64,000 nucleotides of DNA, from the NCBI GenBank assembly GCA_002245135.1, contig NGBS01001167.1, positions 186,001 to 250,000 of the forward strand, read 5' to 3'. Of the stretch, positions 1 to 13,952 are shown in pieces. The notes beneath the pieces were generated by a model, which saw only the letters and a list, made by a program, of their open reading frames with translations, ran no database searches and was not told the DNA's origin. Position numbers and translations under genes: made by a program. The stretch's first letter is position 1; every line of letters begins with the position of its first letter. This stretch comes from Proteromonas lacertae (Eukaryota).

Positions 1-3000
1 TTAAGAAATGAATTCTCCTTTCTTATTTTCAATGCTTTTGTTAGAACCTAATAACAATAATTATTCTATAAGTTATACTTTCAAAGATTCATGTTGTGTT
101 TTAAACTTTATCAAAATCCATTTATCGAGGAATAATTGTGTTAAATCATTGTTAGTATCAATGGAAGAACATAACAGCAAAAGTGTTGGTAATAAATCAA
201 TTCTATAAGTATTCATTAAATATGGTTTTAGAGTTTCTAATATTTCTTCAAAACATAATATCTCATGATAAAACATTGTTTTTGTCTATTAAAAATAAAT
301 GAATATGATAATACTTTTGAAATAGCTTCTCCCATATAAGGTAATAAAACTGATGTTGGATGTAAGAATAAATACATTTTATATGGTGAGTGAAAAAGTG
401 CATCAGCTGGAGTTCTATTTATATTTCTAGTGATAAATATAATATTATTAAATAAAATACCCTTCATCTGGAAATGCAAAGTTTGGATTTAGTCCAGCAG
501 CCATTATAAATGATAAAATTCTTTTATCTTTATGACTTATTTCTGTTATTTCTTTTGATATTGCTCTAAAATCAAATGATTCTCTTTCATTAGTAAAAGC
601 AAAAGATTTTTTATCTTCTTTTTCTTCCTCTTCTTCTTCATTATCTGATCCATAAGTTTCAGAAAGTCTTAAAAATCTTTTATCTTTACTTACAAATAGA
701 TTTGATGGTTTTTTATGTCTTCTATCTTCTCTATTCAAAATAACAATAAATTCAATATATATAGATATAGATATATACTTTGTTATTGGTTTTAGATATA
801 ATTTCTGTTCACTTAAAATCTCTAAGAATTGTTGTCTTAGTTTCAAAATATCATAAAGTCTCTGTTCATTCAAATTATGTCTTTTACACCAATGATAACT
901 GTTTTTCCCTTCTTTCTTTGTTTTAACCCATTGATAGAATATATTATATAGTGTGAAAGGATCTCCTGAATAATCATCAAATACTCTTTTGTTATATAAA
1001 TCAACACCATTTCCTGCTTTTTTGTTAATATATGGAGACTATGAATTAACAAATGTAAATATATATATATATATATATACTTGAACTGATATAATTCCAG
1101 CTAATAAACATATTTCTTCAGTATAATTTAATATTGATCCATATATTAACATCTTACCAACTGATACTTCAACAGGTAATAATGACAGCAAATTACCTAA
1201 TGGTGTTAATAGTTTATGTTCAGAATGATCTAATGCATCGATTGATTCTAATAGTTCAATTGCTTGTGATATTGTTTTAAATGGAGGAGTTTGATAAAAT
1301 GGAAATTCAAATGGATCAGATGATGGTAATATTTTATGGAGAAATAGAGTTTTAATCTAATTTATAATATATTATTAATAACAATACTTGCAAAACTACA
1401 CTTTCTAAACTAATTCTACATATCTCTGGTATATTATAATCCTCAAAATCATTAAAATTTTCAATTGCATATATTCTAAAACATTTCCCTGGTCCAGTTC
1501 TTCCTGCTCTTCCTTTCCTTTGTTCAGCTGATGCTTTACTTATATAATATTCTTTCAATTGATGTGTATGACTGGATATATCATGATTCATTTCTTTAAC
1601 TTTTCCAGAATCAATAACAAATCTTATTCCATCAATTGTTATGGATGTTTCTGCAATGTTTGTGGATAGAATGCATTTACGAATTCCTAATGGAGCAATA
1701 TCAAATACTTTATCTTGTTTGTCTACTGATAAAGTACTATGTAATGGTAAAACAATCCATTTCTTTGATAACTGAACATACTAAATATTTACATTATAAA
1801 TGAGTAACTATATACATCTTTAAGACTATTAGCAACATAATTAATCTCTTGTAAGCCACTTAAAATATCAAAACATCGCCTCTTTCATAAGATGGATATT
1901 CTTTATCAATTCTTTGTAATAATGATAAATATGGTGAAGTAAAAGTAGAACCATTTGATTTCTATATATAATAAACAATAATAATTATTATAAATACATC
2001 ATTTCTTTCAGCATAATTGAGTATTAAGTCATTAAATGGGCAATATTCAACTTCAACAGGGTATAATCTTCCTGGAACTTGTATTACTGGAGCATTATTG
2101 AAATATTCACTAAAACCTTCAATATTGATAGTTGCACTCATTAATATAAGTTTTAAATCCTTTCTATTCATATATATATATATAACAATTACTATTTTTT
2201 ATTATACCTTTTTGTTATTAATAATTTCATTGTTCCAAGCAAGAAATCTGTAGAAATATGTCTTTCATGTACTTCATCTAATATAATTACATTGTATTGT
2301 TTTAGTCTAAATATATTAATAATAATAATAATAATAATATATATATATAATACAATGGATCACCTAATAATTGTCTCAATAACAATCCTTCAGTGACAAA
2401 TAATATCTTTGTATTAGGAGTAATATATCCATCAAATCGAATATGATATCCAATGCTATTTCCATACTGATTTAATGTTTCTTGTGAAACTCTTCGGCAT
2501 AATGAAATACAGGAGATTCTACGTGGTTGAGTACAACATATTTTATCATAACTATTTTAAAATTACAATTAGAAATATATATAATATACCCAGCTTCTAA
2601 TAGGAATTGTGGTAATTGTGTTGATTTTCCACATCCTGTATCACCTGCCAATATTAATACATTATGATCTTTGAGTGTTGATATTATCTGTGAACGATAT
2701 TGACTAATTGGAAGATTCACTCTATTCTGAAATATCTAATGAAAAATATATGAAAGATTGATTTGATGAAAAATACTGATTTTAGTTTTGACCATTTCAT
2801 TTTGTTGTTATAATCATCATATAAACTTAATATTAAAAGGAAATCATCATATTCTTTATCATTTATTCCCATAATTTTCATTGCTTCTTTAGATAAAATG
2901 GAATGAAATGAAACATTCATCTTAAATTGTGGTTTTGGTGTTTTTGGTAAGTTATATTTTGGATTATTTGTTGATAATGGTTGATTAGATGGTTCAACAA

Positions 3001-3262
3001 TGTTTTCTCCTTTTTTAGCACGATGATCGATATATCTTTTCATAAATTCTAGATACAAATTAAAACATATATAATACCTTCAAATTGCGTAACTGATCCT
3101 GAAGAATAAAAAATATTAGGTATAAGATAAGGCATTATATCTTTTCTATTATCAATCCACAAATCCCATGTAAAATGTGATCCATCAATAGCTGTTGTAT
3201 CCTAAAATATATTACAAGTATAAATATACAATTTTTCTTTTTTTACTAGGATTTTCATCCAT
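1..3262 (-). CDS. DHX34: DEAH-box RNA helicase, DHX34-like (multi-exon; 3' end runs off the window)
   Basis: Motifs [52 protein letters not shown] and [13 protein letters not shown] lie across exons. ATG at 3262. A few apparent indels. Confidence 0.8.
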
Positions 3263-3353
3263 TTTTGTAATTCTATTTTGAATTGACTGTCAACTTGTCA
3301 TTTTGACATTCATTTGTTTTGTTTTGTTTTTATACTTGCTAACTCCATATTAA

Positions 3354-5081
3354 ATGTCTAAAGTTCCAAGTATAATTTTTATACTATTGTGTTTAATAGA
3401 AGAAGATGGAGATGACACAACAGCTGTTAATAAGGAAGAAATTAAGGAGCAAACAAATGTTTTGAAAGATAGACATGCTGAAGTCAAAAAATGGCTTAAA
3501 GCAAATCTAGAGATCCAAAAAGAGTATAGATGTTGTTATATATTTTAGATATGAAGATTTTCCTCTATTTTGGCAAGAACTGAATGAATGGACCAGGTGG
3601 TCTGAATTACTAAAAAAGTATACAGAATCAACAGAGGCAGAAAAACATAAATTGCAACCTGAAGAGGATATAACCTTCAATGCCAATGATTGGAGAAAGA
3701 GAGGAACTGGTTGGGGAAAAGCATCAGAACATCAAAATAAAAGATACAAATTCACAATAGAACAACCCAAAACTCTTGAAGGATTAGCCACTTGTACAGC
3801 CAATGGTTTAATGCCATCTATAGAAAATGAAATATTGCATATACGATTATTAGTAGAAGAATACGACAAACAATTGCAGGATGTAGATAAGATAGTAGAA
3901 AAATATAGATCTAATCCGACTAGACCTCCTTCTCCTCCTCCAATCTACGATGCAAATGGAAATAAAACAAACACACTAAAACAAAGAATATACGATAATA
4001 TAAATAAATATAGAACATTATCAATGCAAAGATTAATAGATATGAATCCGTTACAAGCATTAGGTATAAGTAGAACACAAATTACTAAGAAGATATATAT
4101 ACCAGTGAAAGAATATCCCAATTATAATTTTATGGGATTAATTATTGGGCCAAGAGCTACAACATTAAAGTATTATATTATATTATTATATTATATTATA
4201 TTATATTTAGAGCAATGGAAGCTGAATCAGGTTGTCAAATCCATGTAGCAGGTAAAGGATCACTCAGAGGCAAACTTGTTCGTCCAGAAGCAGGTATTGT
4301 ACCAGATGAAGATGAATTGCATGTCTTTATTGCAGGAGATACTCAAGAGAAAGTGAATAAAGCTGTTGAAATAGTGAGTAAGTTATTAGTACCTCAGAAT
4401 ACTCAAGCAATCAATGAATTAAGAAAGAATCAATTAAGAGAATTGGCTAAGATTCAAGGTACGATAATTCAAGAATCATATTGTTCAATATGTGGACAAA
4501 AAGGTCATAATCAATATGAATGTCCTAGTAGACAGAGTATATATTATATTTACGTATTTATTTCTATAGAAACAACCAAGACTGAAATTAGATGTGCAAT
4601 TTGTGGTGATTTAGGTCATTTAACATCAGATTGTAAGTTTAGAACAACATCTTTAGATAGTGATAAATGTGATACTGAATATATGGACTTCATGAAGGAA
4701 TTAGGAGTTGCTGATAGTGATGGAGGTTTATCCTTTGCCATTGATAATAAAGTTACTACTAATAATAACTGGATTAATCCAGTTATGCCAACACAGCCTC
4801 AGCAACAATCTCAACAACAAATGCAATATCCGGGTATGTATCCACCTAGTTCATTTGTACAACCTGGTGTACAGCAGCAGATGCAACTGATGCAGCCTAT
4901 GCCTCCAATGCCTGGAATGAATCCTTATGGACAAATGGTACCTCCTGCAATGCCAAATATGCCTTTTCCTGTACCAGTTCCTCCAGGCGGTAATGTTAAT
5001 ATGTATCAACAACCATGTATATTATAATTTTTTGTTACTTTTATATACATAGATTATCCTCCTCCTCCAGCTCCACAGTAG
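3354..5081 (+). CDS. SF1: Splicing factor 1 / branchpoint-binding protein
   Basis: RPPSPPPIYDANG, KH-QUA2 domain (KIYIPVKEYPNYNFMGLIIGPR), two CCHC zinc knuckles and a Pro/Gln-rich tail. Stop TAG at 5079-5081. Confidence 0.92.
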
Positions 5082-5279
5082 TGTTTATTAACTAGAATAA
5101 ATAAATTTATTATGACTTTTTATTATTCATTCTTGTTTTTTAATCAAAAATCTAAATAATTAGGCTTGATGTTCTGTTTGATTGAAAGAAATTTTTTTTA
5201 AATCACTATTTTCAATCACTAATAAGTACAATTTTGCATTTTTACTATCTCTTATAAATAGACTAATCATATTTCCGGT

Positions 5280-6204
5280 ATGGACGGTGAAACAAAAGGG
5301 TATAAACATGTCAGTTTATGATTTGTAGCAAATTTAGTAGATATCTAGAAAGAAACAAGAGATATATCACAATTTGGGTTATTTGTTTAGTTTGTGCTAT
5401 AATAGCCCTTAAATTCTTCAGTGATGGTGATTTTTCATTTATTTTAGTATAACTACATATTTATTATTGTTTAGACATTGGGAAGTTTAGTGCAACTATT
5501 TGCATTCATTGTTTTGGCATTTAAGATCCTCAAGACTCAATCAGTGATGGGAATTTCATTACAAACCCTTCAATGTTACGCTTGTGTTTATTTCGCAAGG
5601 TCTTTATCAGTATTATTCTTCCAAGGATATTTACCATACGACAAAAGTGGTGATTGGTTATACCAATTTTGTGAAATTCTCTCATTATTTGTTGTTTTAT
5701 ATAACATTTACTTAGTGGCTATTACATTCAAAACAACTCATAACCGTCACTTGGATTCTTTTGGCTCAGTTCAATGGTTACCACCAGGTTATGGCAATTT
5801 GATATTAATTGTTCCAGCTTTGATCTTAGCTATATTATTCCATGCAAATTTGAACCATTACTTCTTAACGGATGTTTGTTGGATGTTTGCTCAATATTTA
5901 GAAGCTGTATCAATATTGCCACAATTACATATGTTCTCCAGAAATAAAACAGGTGAAGTTGAAACATTTACAAGTCATTTCGTACTTTGGATTAGCTGTT
6001 AGTAGATTTTTGCAATTTTGTTTTTGGTCTTCTACTTTCCGTGAATTAACTAGCCCTATTGCTAGAGTCAATGTTGGATATTTGGTGTTATTGTCACAAA
6101 TTGTTCAAATTGGGTTGATGGGTAATTATATATACTATTATATTGTAAGTGTTTCAAGTGGTGGACCAATGAGACTACCTGTTTTAGTGAATACAAAGTT
6201 GTAA
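5280..6204 (+). CDS. ER lumen protein-retaining receptor family (ERD2-related)
   Basis: GISLQTLQCY, YLPYDKSGDWLYQ and YLEAVSILPQL motifs. Two small introns and one apparent +1 indel near 5985. Confidence 0.88.
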
Positions 6205-6374
6205 ACACTGTGTTATTAAACAATTTGACATTCAATCTATTTTCTTTGTTTTTATGGAGTTTTATGTATATTTACATTTCATAAACCACAAAAAATTACT
6301 TCACATACATATAAAACTATTAATTAAGTTAAATGAGGAAAAGATCACGTCGTTCATTCCAATTAAATTCTTAT

Positions 6375-7766
6375 TCACTTCAAATTATCTATAATACTCT
6401 TAAATAAACCCTTAAATTCATCTATATTAATCTTCACGTCAGATTGTCCTTCAGTATCACAACCTAATGTATAATAATAATGCCCTAACATCACAGAATT
6501 CCTATATGTAATATATCTAACCATATTTGCGAAAAAATGAGAAGATTTAGGTAAAAATTCCAAGATTGTACTGCCAGATCTCATAAAAAACATATTATAA
6601 AATGCACCTCCATGTGGTCCCATCAAAACTTTCACTTTCGACAAAAATCCAAACAACTCATCTAGATTCTTATACTTCTTCGAGTCAAACACCTCAAACC
6701 TGTATTTAGTATTTTGGAGCATATCATTAGCAGTATCAATAAACTGTTTTTCATTAATCACTCTTCTTCCTCCATTAAAAGTTCCTTTATTCCTTGATAA
6801 ATACAGTATGTAATAAACATCATCACTTTCTTTATAATCAGGTGATAAATGAGGTAATTTAAACAAATACTGTGATCTCTTCCATAAATAAGGATGCATA
6901 GGTGGACATACACATGGAACTATTAATTCATCAGCTGATATATCATTTCTATTTGATATAATAATTCGATTAGAATCAATTCCTAATCTCTTATATAACT
7001 CACCAACAATTGGCCATTTTGAACTTAGTGATATAAAGAACTTCACTTCAGGATCTTTGATGAAGTCTTCAGCTTGTACTATTTTGGGTAAAACACCATC
7101 TAGGAAGTGTTGAAATGCATAACCTTCTGGAACTATTAAATATACTACTTTACCACTTAAATGTAGTGGTTTTCTAGTTCCACTTTTGATTTGATGTAAA
7201 TTGTCAGCTTTGTAACCACAATCGTAGTAACTATCAATTGATCCTTCTTTAACTATATCAACATAACCCAATAAAGTTTGGCTGTTAATTTCAACGCCAA
7301 AATTATTGTAGTTTATGCTGTTATATAGTTTATGTTTTTTATCGTCATATTGAAACATGTAATTTTTTACATTATTACATATTTCTTCTTTACATTCATT
7401 TTTATTTCTTATGTTAGTTTGAATAAATGGCAGATTAATAAAAAAAGGTGGTTCGTTAACAGGAGGAGGAACTACAAACGGTTGATAAGTATATTTCAAT
7501 CGTTTGATAAAGCCTGAAGGAAGATTAACAGTAATTACAGTTGGTTCATTTTTCTCAACATCAATTGTGAAAACCTTCCTAGTAACGCCTCCTTCATTAG
7601 GTGACATACTTACTATGCTACTTACAGACATATTCTTCTCAGCCTTCAACTTGATCGGATCATCTTGCTGAGTTACAGTTTTGGTTATAAATATTGATGC
7701 ATTCTTTAAACTGAATAATTGAACTGCTAAAAATATGGCTAAAAGTAACAAAAAACACCATTTCAT
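6375..7766 (-). CDS. Glycosyltransferase family 61-like type II membrane protein, intronless
   Basis: N-terminal signal/TM segment; FQHFLDGVLPKI, YLSR...RRVINE and VLMGPHGGAFYNMFFM...ILEF motifs typical of GT61. Confidence 0.8.
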   Translation of the reverse strand: MKWCFLLLLAIFLAVQLFSLKNASIFITKTVTQQDDPIKLKAEKNMSVSSIVSMSPNEGGVTRKVFTIDVEKNEPTVITVNLPSGFIKRLKYTYQPFVVPPPVNEPPFFINLPFIQTNIRNKNECKEEICNNVKNYMFQYDDKKHKLYNSINYNNFGVEINSQTLLGYVDIVKEGSIDSYYDCGYKADNLHQIKSGTRKPLHLSGKVVYLIVPEGYAFQHFLDGVLPKIVQAEDFIKDPEVKFFISLSSKWPIVGELYKRLGIDSNRIIISNRNDISADELIVPCVCPPMHPYLWKRSQYLFKLPHLSPDYKESDDVYYILYLSRNKGTFNGGRRVINEKQFIDTANDMLQNTKYRFEVFDSKKYKNLDELFGFLSKVKVLMGPHGGAFYNMFFMRSGSTILEFLPKSSHFFANMVRYITYRNSVMLGHYYYTLGCDTEGQSDVKINIDEFKGLFKSIIDNLK

Positions 7767-7862
7767 CGTATAATAAATAAAAAAACAAAAAGGAATTTTT
7801 GATTGTTTGGGTTATCAAAAAATTAAGTGAAAAATAAAACCCCATACCATTTTTCTCTTTCT

Positions 7863-9355
7863 ATGGGAGTGAAATGTACTAAGGAAATAACTACAGCAAC
7901 TCCAAAATGTCAGGAGACCTATAAGAAGCAGAGAGATAGAGAACATAAACCATATCCAATAATTTTACCAACAGAACCTATAGAAAATGACAAATATAAA
8001 TTCTGTGGAGGGAAAACTTATAAAAACTATTATATTGTTGAGAAGTGCAAACTGATTAAACAACTGTCTATTCAATCAATTCTGGATATTACAATAAAAT
8101 ACAACAGCAATGACGAAATTGAGTTTGAAGAAGATAATAAGATAAAGCAAAATTTAGATCTAGCACTAAGAAGAAATGAAATAACGAATGAAAGAAAAGA
8201 TAAGCTATTCTATAACTTGCTATACATAATTACATGTTTTATCGATTCTGGGATTGAAAATATAGTTAAATTCAAGTCAAATATATTATTTAATGAGAAT
8301 AATGAGATGTTTATTGGAGAATATTTAAAACAAGAATTATCAACTGAATATACAAATCCAATCAACTCATTTTGTATGATAATATATGAACTAACAGACA
8401 ATATTAAAATTAAATCACTTATTAGAAGTGTTATGATAAACAAACTAATAGTCGAAGAGTTGAAATTAGCAATAGAAGATGAATTTAATGAAAAATACTG
8501 TGAAGATAAAACTAAATATTTCAAGAAGTATTTATATAGTAGTATTTATCACCCATTGAGTGAAGAAAGGAGTATTTTATTTTTTAGTATTATTTATAAA
8601 TAGAAAAAACAGTTGATAAATGGGTGGATTATTATAAAAAGTCAAATGACAATCAAATTAATCTCTACAGTAGTATAATTTATATTGTTTAATATTTTTT
8701 TATAAATATAGCTTATTTTAGTGATTCAGTAATCGAGTATTTCTCATTAAAAATACCAACTTTAAGTAATTTAACCAAATTGAACATCATATGTAATATT
8801 AACTACAAGAAAGAACAAAATGATGAAGCAATTATATATTTAAGTAGATGTTTCAAATTTACTCCTTTTCTAACATCACTTCATTTAGATATAAGAATAA
8901 CTTTAGATGGAATGATAGAATTTACAGATAATATACAGTATATACCGGAGTTAACAGATCTTGGTTTAGAGAATAATAGAAGTGGAGAAGAAGGATTGAA
9001 GTATTTATTTGAACAGTTTTCTTACATTTCTAAATTAGAACATGTGTCAATTTCAGGTATTTATTTCATTTTAGTTATTATAATTTATATAGAATGTGAT
9101 AATACTGATGAAAATATAACAGCATTAAATAACAATCTTCAATTCCTTACTAATTTAAAAGATCTGAATATGGAATGTACAGGTAGAAGTTTCATTGCCT
9201 TTGAGACATTCGCTAAAGATATTTACAAGTGTAAAAGCTTAGAATTATTGAATATTACTCTTATTGATTTAGATGAAAAATCATCTCTTAAAATAGATAG
9301 GATATTTAGAGGTTATGTTAGTAAAGATGATTTAAATTTTAATATAATTTACTAG
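7863..9355 (+). CDS. Degenerate kinase-like N-terminus plus RNI-type leucine-rich repeats
   Basis: C-terminal LRRs (LTDLGLENNRSGEEGLKYL). N-half has kinase-subdomain remnants (KSNILF, INSFCMIIYEL) but no catalytic motifs. Confidence 0.6.
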
Positions 9356-9434
9356 TAAATATCATAACTACAAAGTCTACACTACATAGATTACAATTAA
9401 TTAGACAGGTATTTTTTAAATAGTAAATTAAGAT

Positions 9435-10443
9435 TTACTTTCGTTTTCTTTTTATTGCTTTTGTTGTTGATGAAATTTCATTTTGAAATAATAGCAGTTG
9501 AACCCATCCTGCATATTTACCAAATAATTCTTCATATAATTCTTGAACTTCATCATAATTACTTGGTGTTAATGATTTATTTGAATTTTTATAACCATAA
9601 TCTCGTTGAGCTATTTGATACATATGAGTATCAATTGGAACTATATTATAATATCTTAAAGAATATAACATCACACAATCAGCTACTTTATTCCCCACTC
9701 CATTTAACTCTAATAACAATTCTTTCACTTTCTTTTTATCATCTTTTATATTCTTTATATTATTATAATATTCATTTCCTCCATTTTCTTTGATATATTT
9801 CAATGAACTGAGAAAATATTTACTTCGATAACCAAAACCCATTTTATTGTATTCTTCTTCTTTTATTTCGTATAATTGTTCTAATGATGGAAATGTGTAA
9901 TACTTTTTGTCATTATATGTCATTATATAACTTCCATAATTCTCTCGAAGTGAATTAATTAACTAATATCATTAAAATATGATTTTATACTTGTATGTTA
10001 TCCTTTTCATATGTTATTATTCGAACTGCATATATATGAGAATAAGCATATTCATGTATAGTCTTGGATTCATTATTCGGATATCCAGCTTATTCAATTT
10101 AGTGACAACTTAGAATTAGATTTTAACTATTATTGACCAATTTTTACATTCTTCATTTATATTTACATCTAAACTGAAATATTTTACCAATTCTGATTCT
10201 AAATCAAGAGAAGCGTTATTAAGACAACAATATTGAAAAGATTTGTTGGTCTCTGCTTTTATCGCTACTGCATTTGATCCAATTACTCCAATTACTCCTT
10301 CGTCATTATTTTTACTCCAATTGACAGCTTTGGACCTCTATGAAATCACTAGTATAGTATATTTATACGAAAAAACAGTTTTTTCAACATTTAATAATTG
10401 TTGTGATGGGAATATCAATTCTTTCCCATTTTATACTTGGCAT
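9435..10443 (-). CDS. OGG1: 8-oxoguanine DNA glycosylase/AP lyase
   Basis: FPSLEQL, GFGYRSKY and HhH-GPD motif LNGVGNKVADCVML...VPIDTHM. The 5' part carries several apparent indels, so the start is approximate. Confidence 0.85.
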
Positions 10444-10527
10444 TACTACATCATCAACTGAAATATAGAGGTTTTTTAATATTTATTTTGCGATTTTAAC
10501 AGATCTTTATAACATTGTGCTTTTGTA

Positions 10528-12428
10528 ATGAACGAGAATTTATTAGCAACAAGAAGAAGTTAGAACAGAAACTAAATCTGAATTGCAAGCAGTATGAAGT
10601 ATTCTAGTAACATAGCATAGAATAAACCACAAGGTCTCAGTAATTTTGCAGTTGTATGTTTAATGGTCAGCTATGCGGTTAGTAGTGGAGCCTTAAATCT
10701 GCCCTATGTTGTATATTATGGAGGTCCTATTATGAGTTCATTTATTTTGCTATTTGTCTCATTCATTGCGTATAGTTGTTATTATTACAATTTGAAGTAT
10801 ATTTACAGCAAATTGGATATTAGAAGCTGAAGCTAGAATAGAATACTTGAAATATGGAGGAAAAAAAGAAATTACTGACCATAAATATGAAATATCAGAA
10901 ATATGTGAATTCTTTTGGAGTCCAAAGGCTAAGAATATGTATATTATTTTCATTTACAATGATAGATATAACACAGTATTATTCTTCTACATGAGTGGAG
11001 CTTTATGGAGTTATTCAGCTGTATTTGGTGATACAGGAGCATATATAATAGCTACAATGTTTGGAAAGGAAGACAGATGTACATCTATTGATTGTATATA
11101 TATTATTATTATAAATGAATAGCTAAAATGTGTAATAACTATTACTTGATTTCTTTAGCAATATTCTTCGTTATTTGTTTTGTATTAACTTTAATGGGAT
11201 TAAAAGAGCAAGCAGTAGTTCAGAATACATTAACTCTTTACAGATTTGATATCTTTTCTTTTTTTAATTATTAATATATAATATTTTTTTTCTTTAACTC
11301 TGTTTTACTCTCATTTTTCTTCATGTGTTTTTTAGCAATAGTTGGGTTTATAATGAGTGAGAAGTTAGATGGTTCAAAGTTAATAATATCTTGGGATTTA
11401 TTTAATTCAAAGGGAATCAGCGCAATGTTTACATATCATTTTAAAATTGTAATTATTTCTATAATAGTATGTTCTTAATTATAATTTAATGGTTTGATAT
11501 TTGCACAATTATTACATCATTCAGTTCCTGGTATTGGTCAAACAATAAAACATAAAGAAAATGCAGTATATATATATATTTATTTATTTATTATTATGAT
11601 TATTAATAGCATCGTGTATTTGTCTATGGTTTCATGGTTACTACAATGATTTATTGTTTTATTGGAGTGATATTAGCTGCCTATTTTGGAGATGAAATAA
11701 AGTCACCAGCTACTTTGAATTATGACTCTTTTAATATGTTTGATTCTAAAGGACAAGTAGAGAAATATATTGCTATATCATTATATTACAAATTAATAAT
11801 TATTTATATGTTTTCTTTAACTTATATTTTTTAATATTTTGTAAAGTATTTCATCATTATTTTCCCACTTCCTGCTTTAATCTCCAGTTATCCAGTTAAT
11901 GCCATTACTTTAGGAAATAATTTAGTTGCAAGTACTCCACAATCAATAATTGATAAATATGGTTATAGAAAATTACAAATTATATTTCTATCTTTATCAG
12001 TGATTGTTCCTATCGGATTATCTGCATTAGTAAGTCAAGTGCCAATTATATTAGACATATCTGGTACAATGGGTTATTTTATTATGTTTATAACACCAGG
12101 AATTGTTCAAGTATAATATTATTATTTATCATTGTGTGTAATAATATATATATATAGTTACAAAGTGTAAAAGTAATGAAAGAAAAAACAAGTGGATTAA
12201 TTTTATCTGAGAATAATAATGTAAATGGTAGTAGTAATAAATGTGAATGGAAAACTCAATATTCTTATAGATTCTTTTCTGAAACTCCTTTTGTTATATT
12301 CATATTAATATTTGCAATATATCTTTTTTTGTATGTTATTTTAATTACTGAACGTTTTACCTTAATTCTAATGTAGTTGTGGTTTTATCTATGGAATAGT
12401 AAATATAATATTAAATTATATTGCCTAA
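10528..12428 (+). CDS. Amino acid transporter family (AAAP), TMEM104-like
   Basis: Multi-TM protein with YEISEICEFF, GALWSYSAVFG, HHSVPGI and SSYPVNAITLGNNL motifs. Many tiny introns; start uncertain. Confidence 0.7.
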
Positions 12429-12721
12429 TTGTTAAGTTATATATTAAAAATGTGTGTATTATAGTTATTAAAACAATATTTGTAATTGTTAGGAATTAAA
12501 TACTATGCAAAATGAAATCTCTATAAAATAATAAATTGTGATGCTTTTACATTATTCATTGATTTTACTGATGTGTGTTTCAAATATAATATTTATATTA
12601 GATAAATTAGTTTCGTTTCAATTAGATTATAAGAAAAAGGAGAAAAAAAGATAGAAAACTTGAACCTCTCAAACATTTCAAAAAGAAAATTACGAAATTT
12701 AATCTCTTCATTAATATAAGG

Positions 12722-13821
12722 ATGATGTCAAACGATAAGAACAACAGAGTACTGAAATATGTGTCATTAGTTACCTTGACATTCCAAGCTGCTGCTCAGG
12801 TATAGTAGTTTAATATCTTCAATAGTTTCTATTAGTACGATACACTCGAACACTTCCTGGACCTCGGTATATTTAATAATATTGATTTAATGGAATTTTA
12901 GTTACATAACCTCCACTGTTGTGGTTTTAAACGAAATTGCTAAATTATTAGCTTGTTGTGCAATAATTTACTATCAAAAGAATGGATTTGCTGGTTTAGT
13001 TGATGAAATTGATCGTGAAATAATAAAGAAACCAAAAGAGACTTTGCTTTTAATTGTTCCTTCTGGTTTATACACATTACAAACAAATCTAATCTATGTG
13101 TCCTTATCTCATGTAGATGCAACAACATTTCAAATCACATATCAATTAAAAGTATTAACAACTGCATTATTTTTTGTGATTTTACTTCATAAACGACTAC
13201 ATCCAATGCAATGGTTGAGTTTAATTTTGTTAACAGTAGGAATTACCTTAGTTCAACCTCAAGATAAAGGTCAACAAAAGAATGAAGGTGGTTTTGAACA
13301 AAATTATTGGTTTGGCTTGATATGTTTGATTATAAGTGCATTTTCGTCTGGTTTTGCTGGTGTTTATTTTGAAAAATTATTAAAAAATGCAAAGTATATA
13401 TATTATATATATTTAAATAGAACTTCCTTGTGGATTCGTAATATTCAATTATCTCTTTTTGGAGTAGTGTTTGCAATAGGTAATGTAATATATAGTGATA
13501 GTAGTAAAATAAGTGAAAATGGATTTTTCTATGGTTATAACATACTTAGTATGGATGTGTGTTGCTTTACAAGCATTTGGAGGTTTAGTGGTTGCAACAG
13601 TAATTAAATATAGTGATAATATTATGAAAGCATTTGCAACCTCTTTATCTATTGTTGTTTCTGTTATAGTCTCCATATTATTTATGGGTTATAGTTTAAC
13701 TACAACAATAGCAGTTGGAACAGTATTAGTGATGATAGCGATGTTTATGTATGGTAATTATACAGTTCAAGATGTAAAACCAATAGTGACTAAACCTTCT
13801 GATGATGATTTGAAGAATTAA
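12722..13821 (+). CDS. Nucleotide-sugar (UDP-galactose/UDP-GlcNAc) transporter, SLC35A family
   Basis: DATTFQITYQLKVLTTALF, SGFAGVYFEKLLK, SLWIRNIQL and GGLVVATVIKYSDNIMKAFATS. One apparent indel near 13545. Confidence 0.92.
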
Positions 13822-13952
13822 AATAGAATTCTGTTGAATTTATCATAATTCATTTATTACAATAGATAATATGTGTTTTTAAGAATAATATTACCATATA
13901 ATCAAAAATAAAACAATTAATTAATTATTCATTACATTTATGATTTATATAA

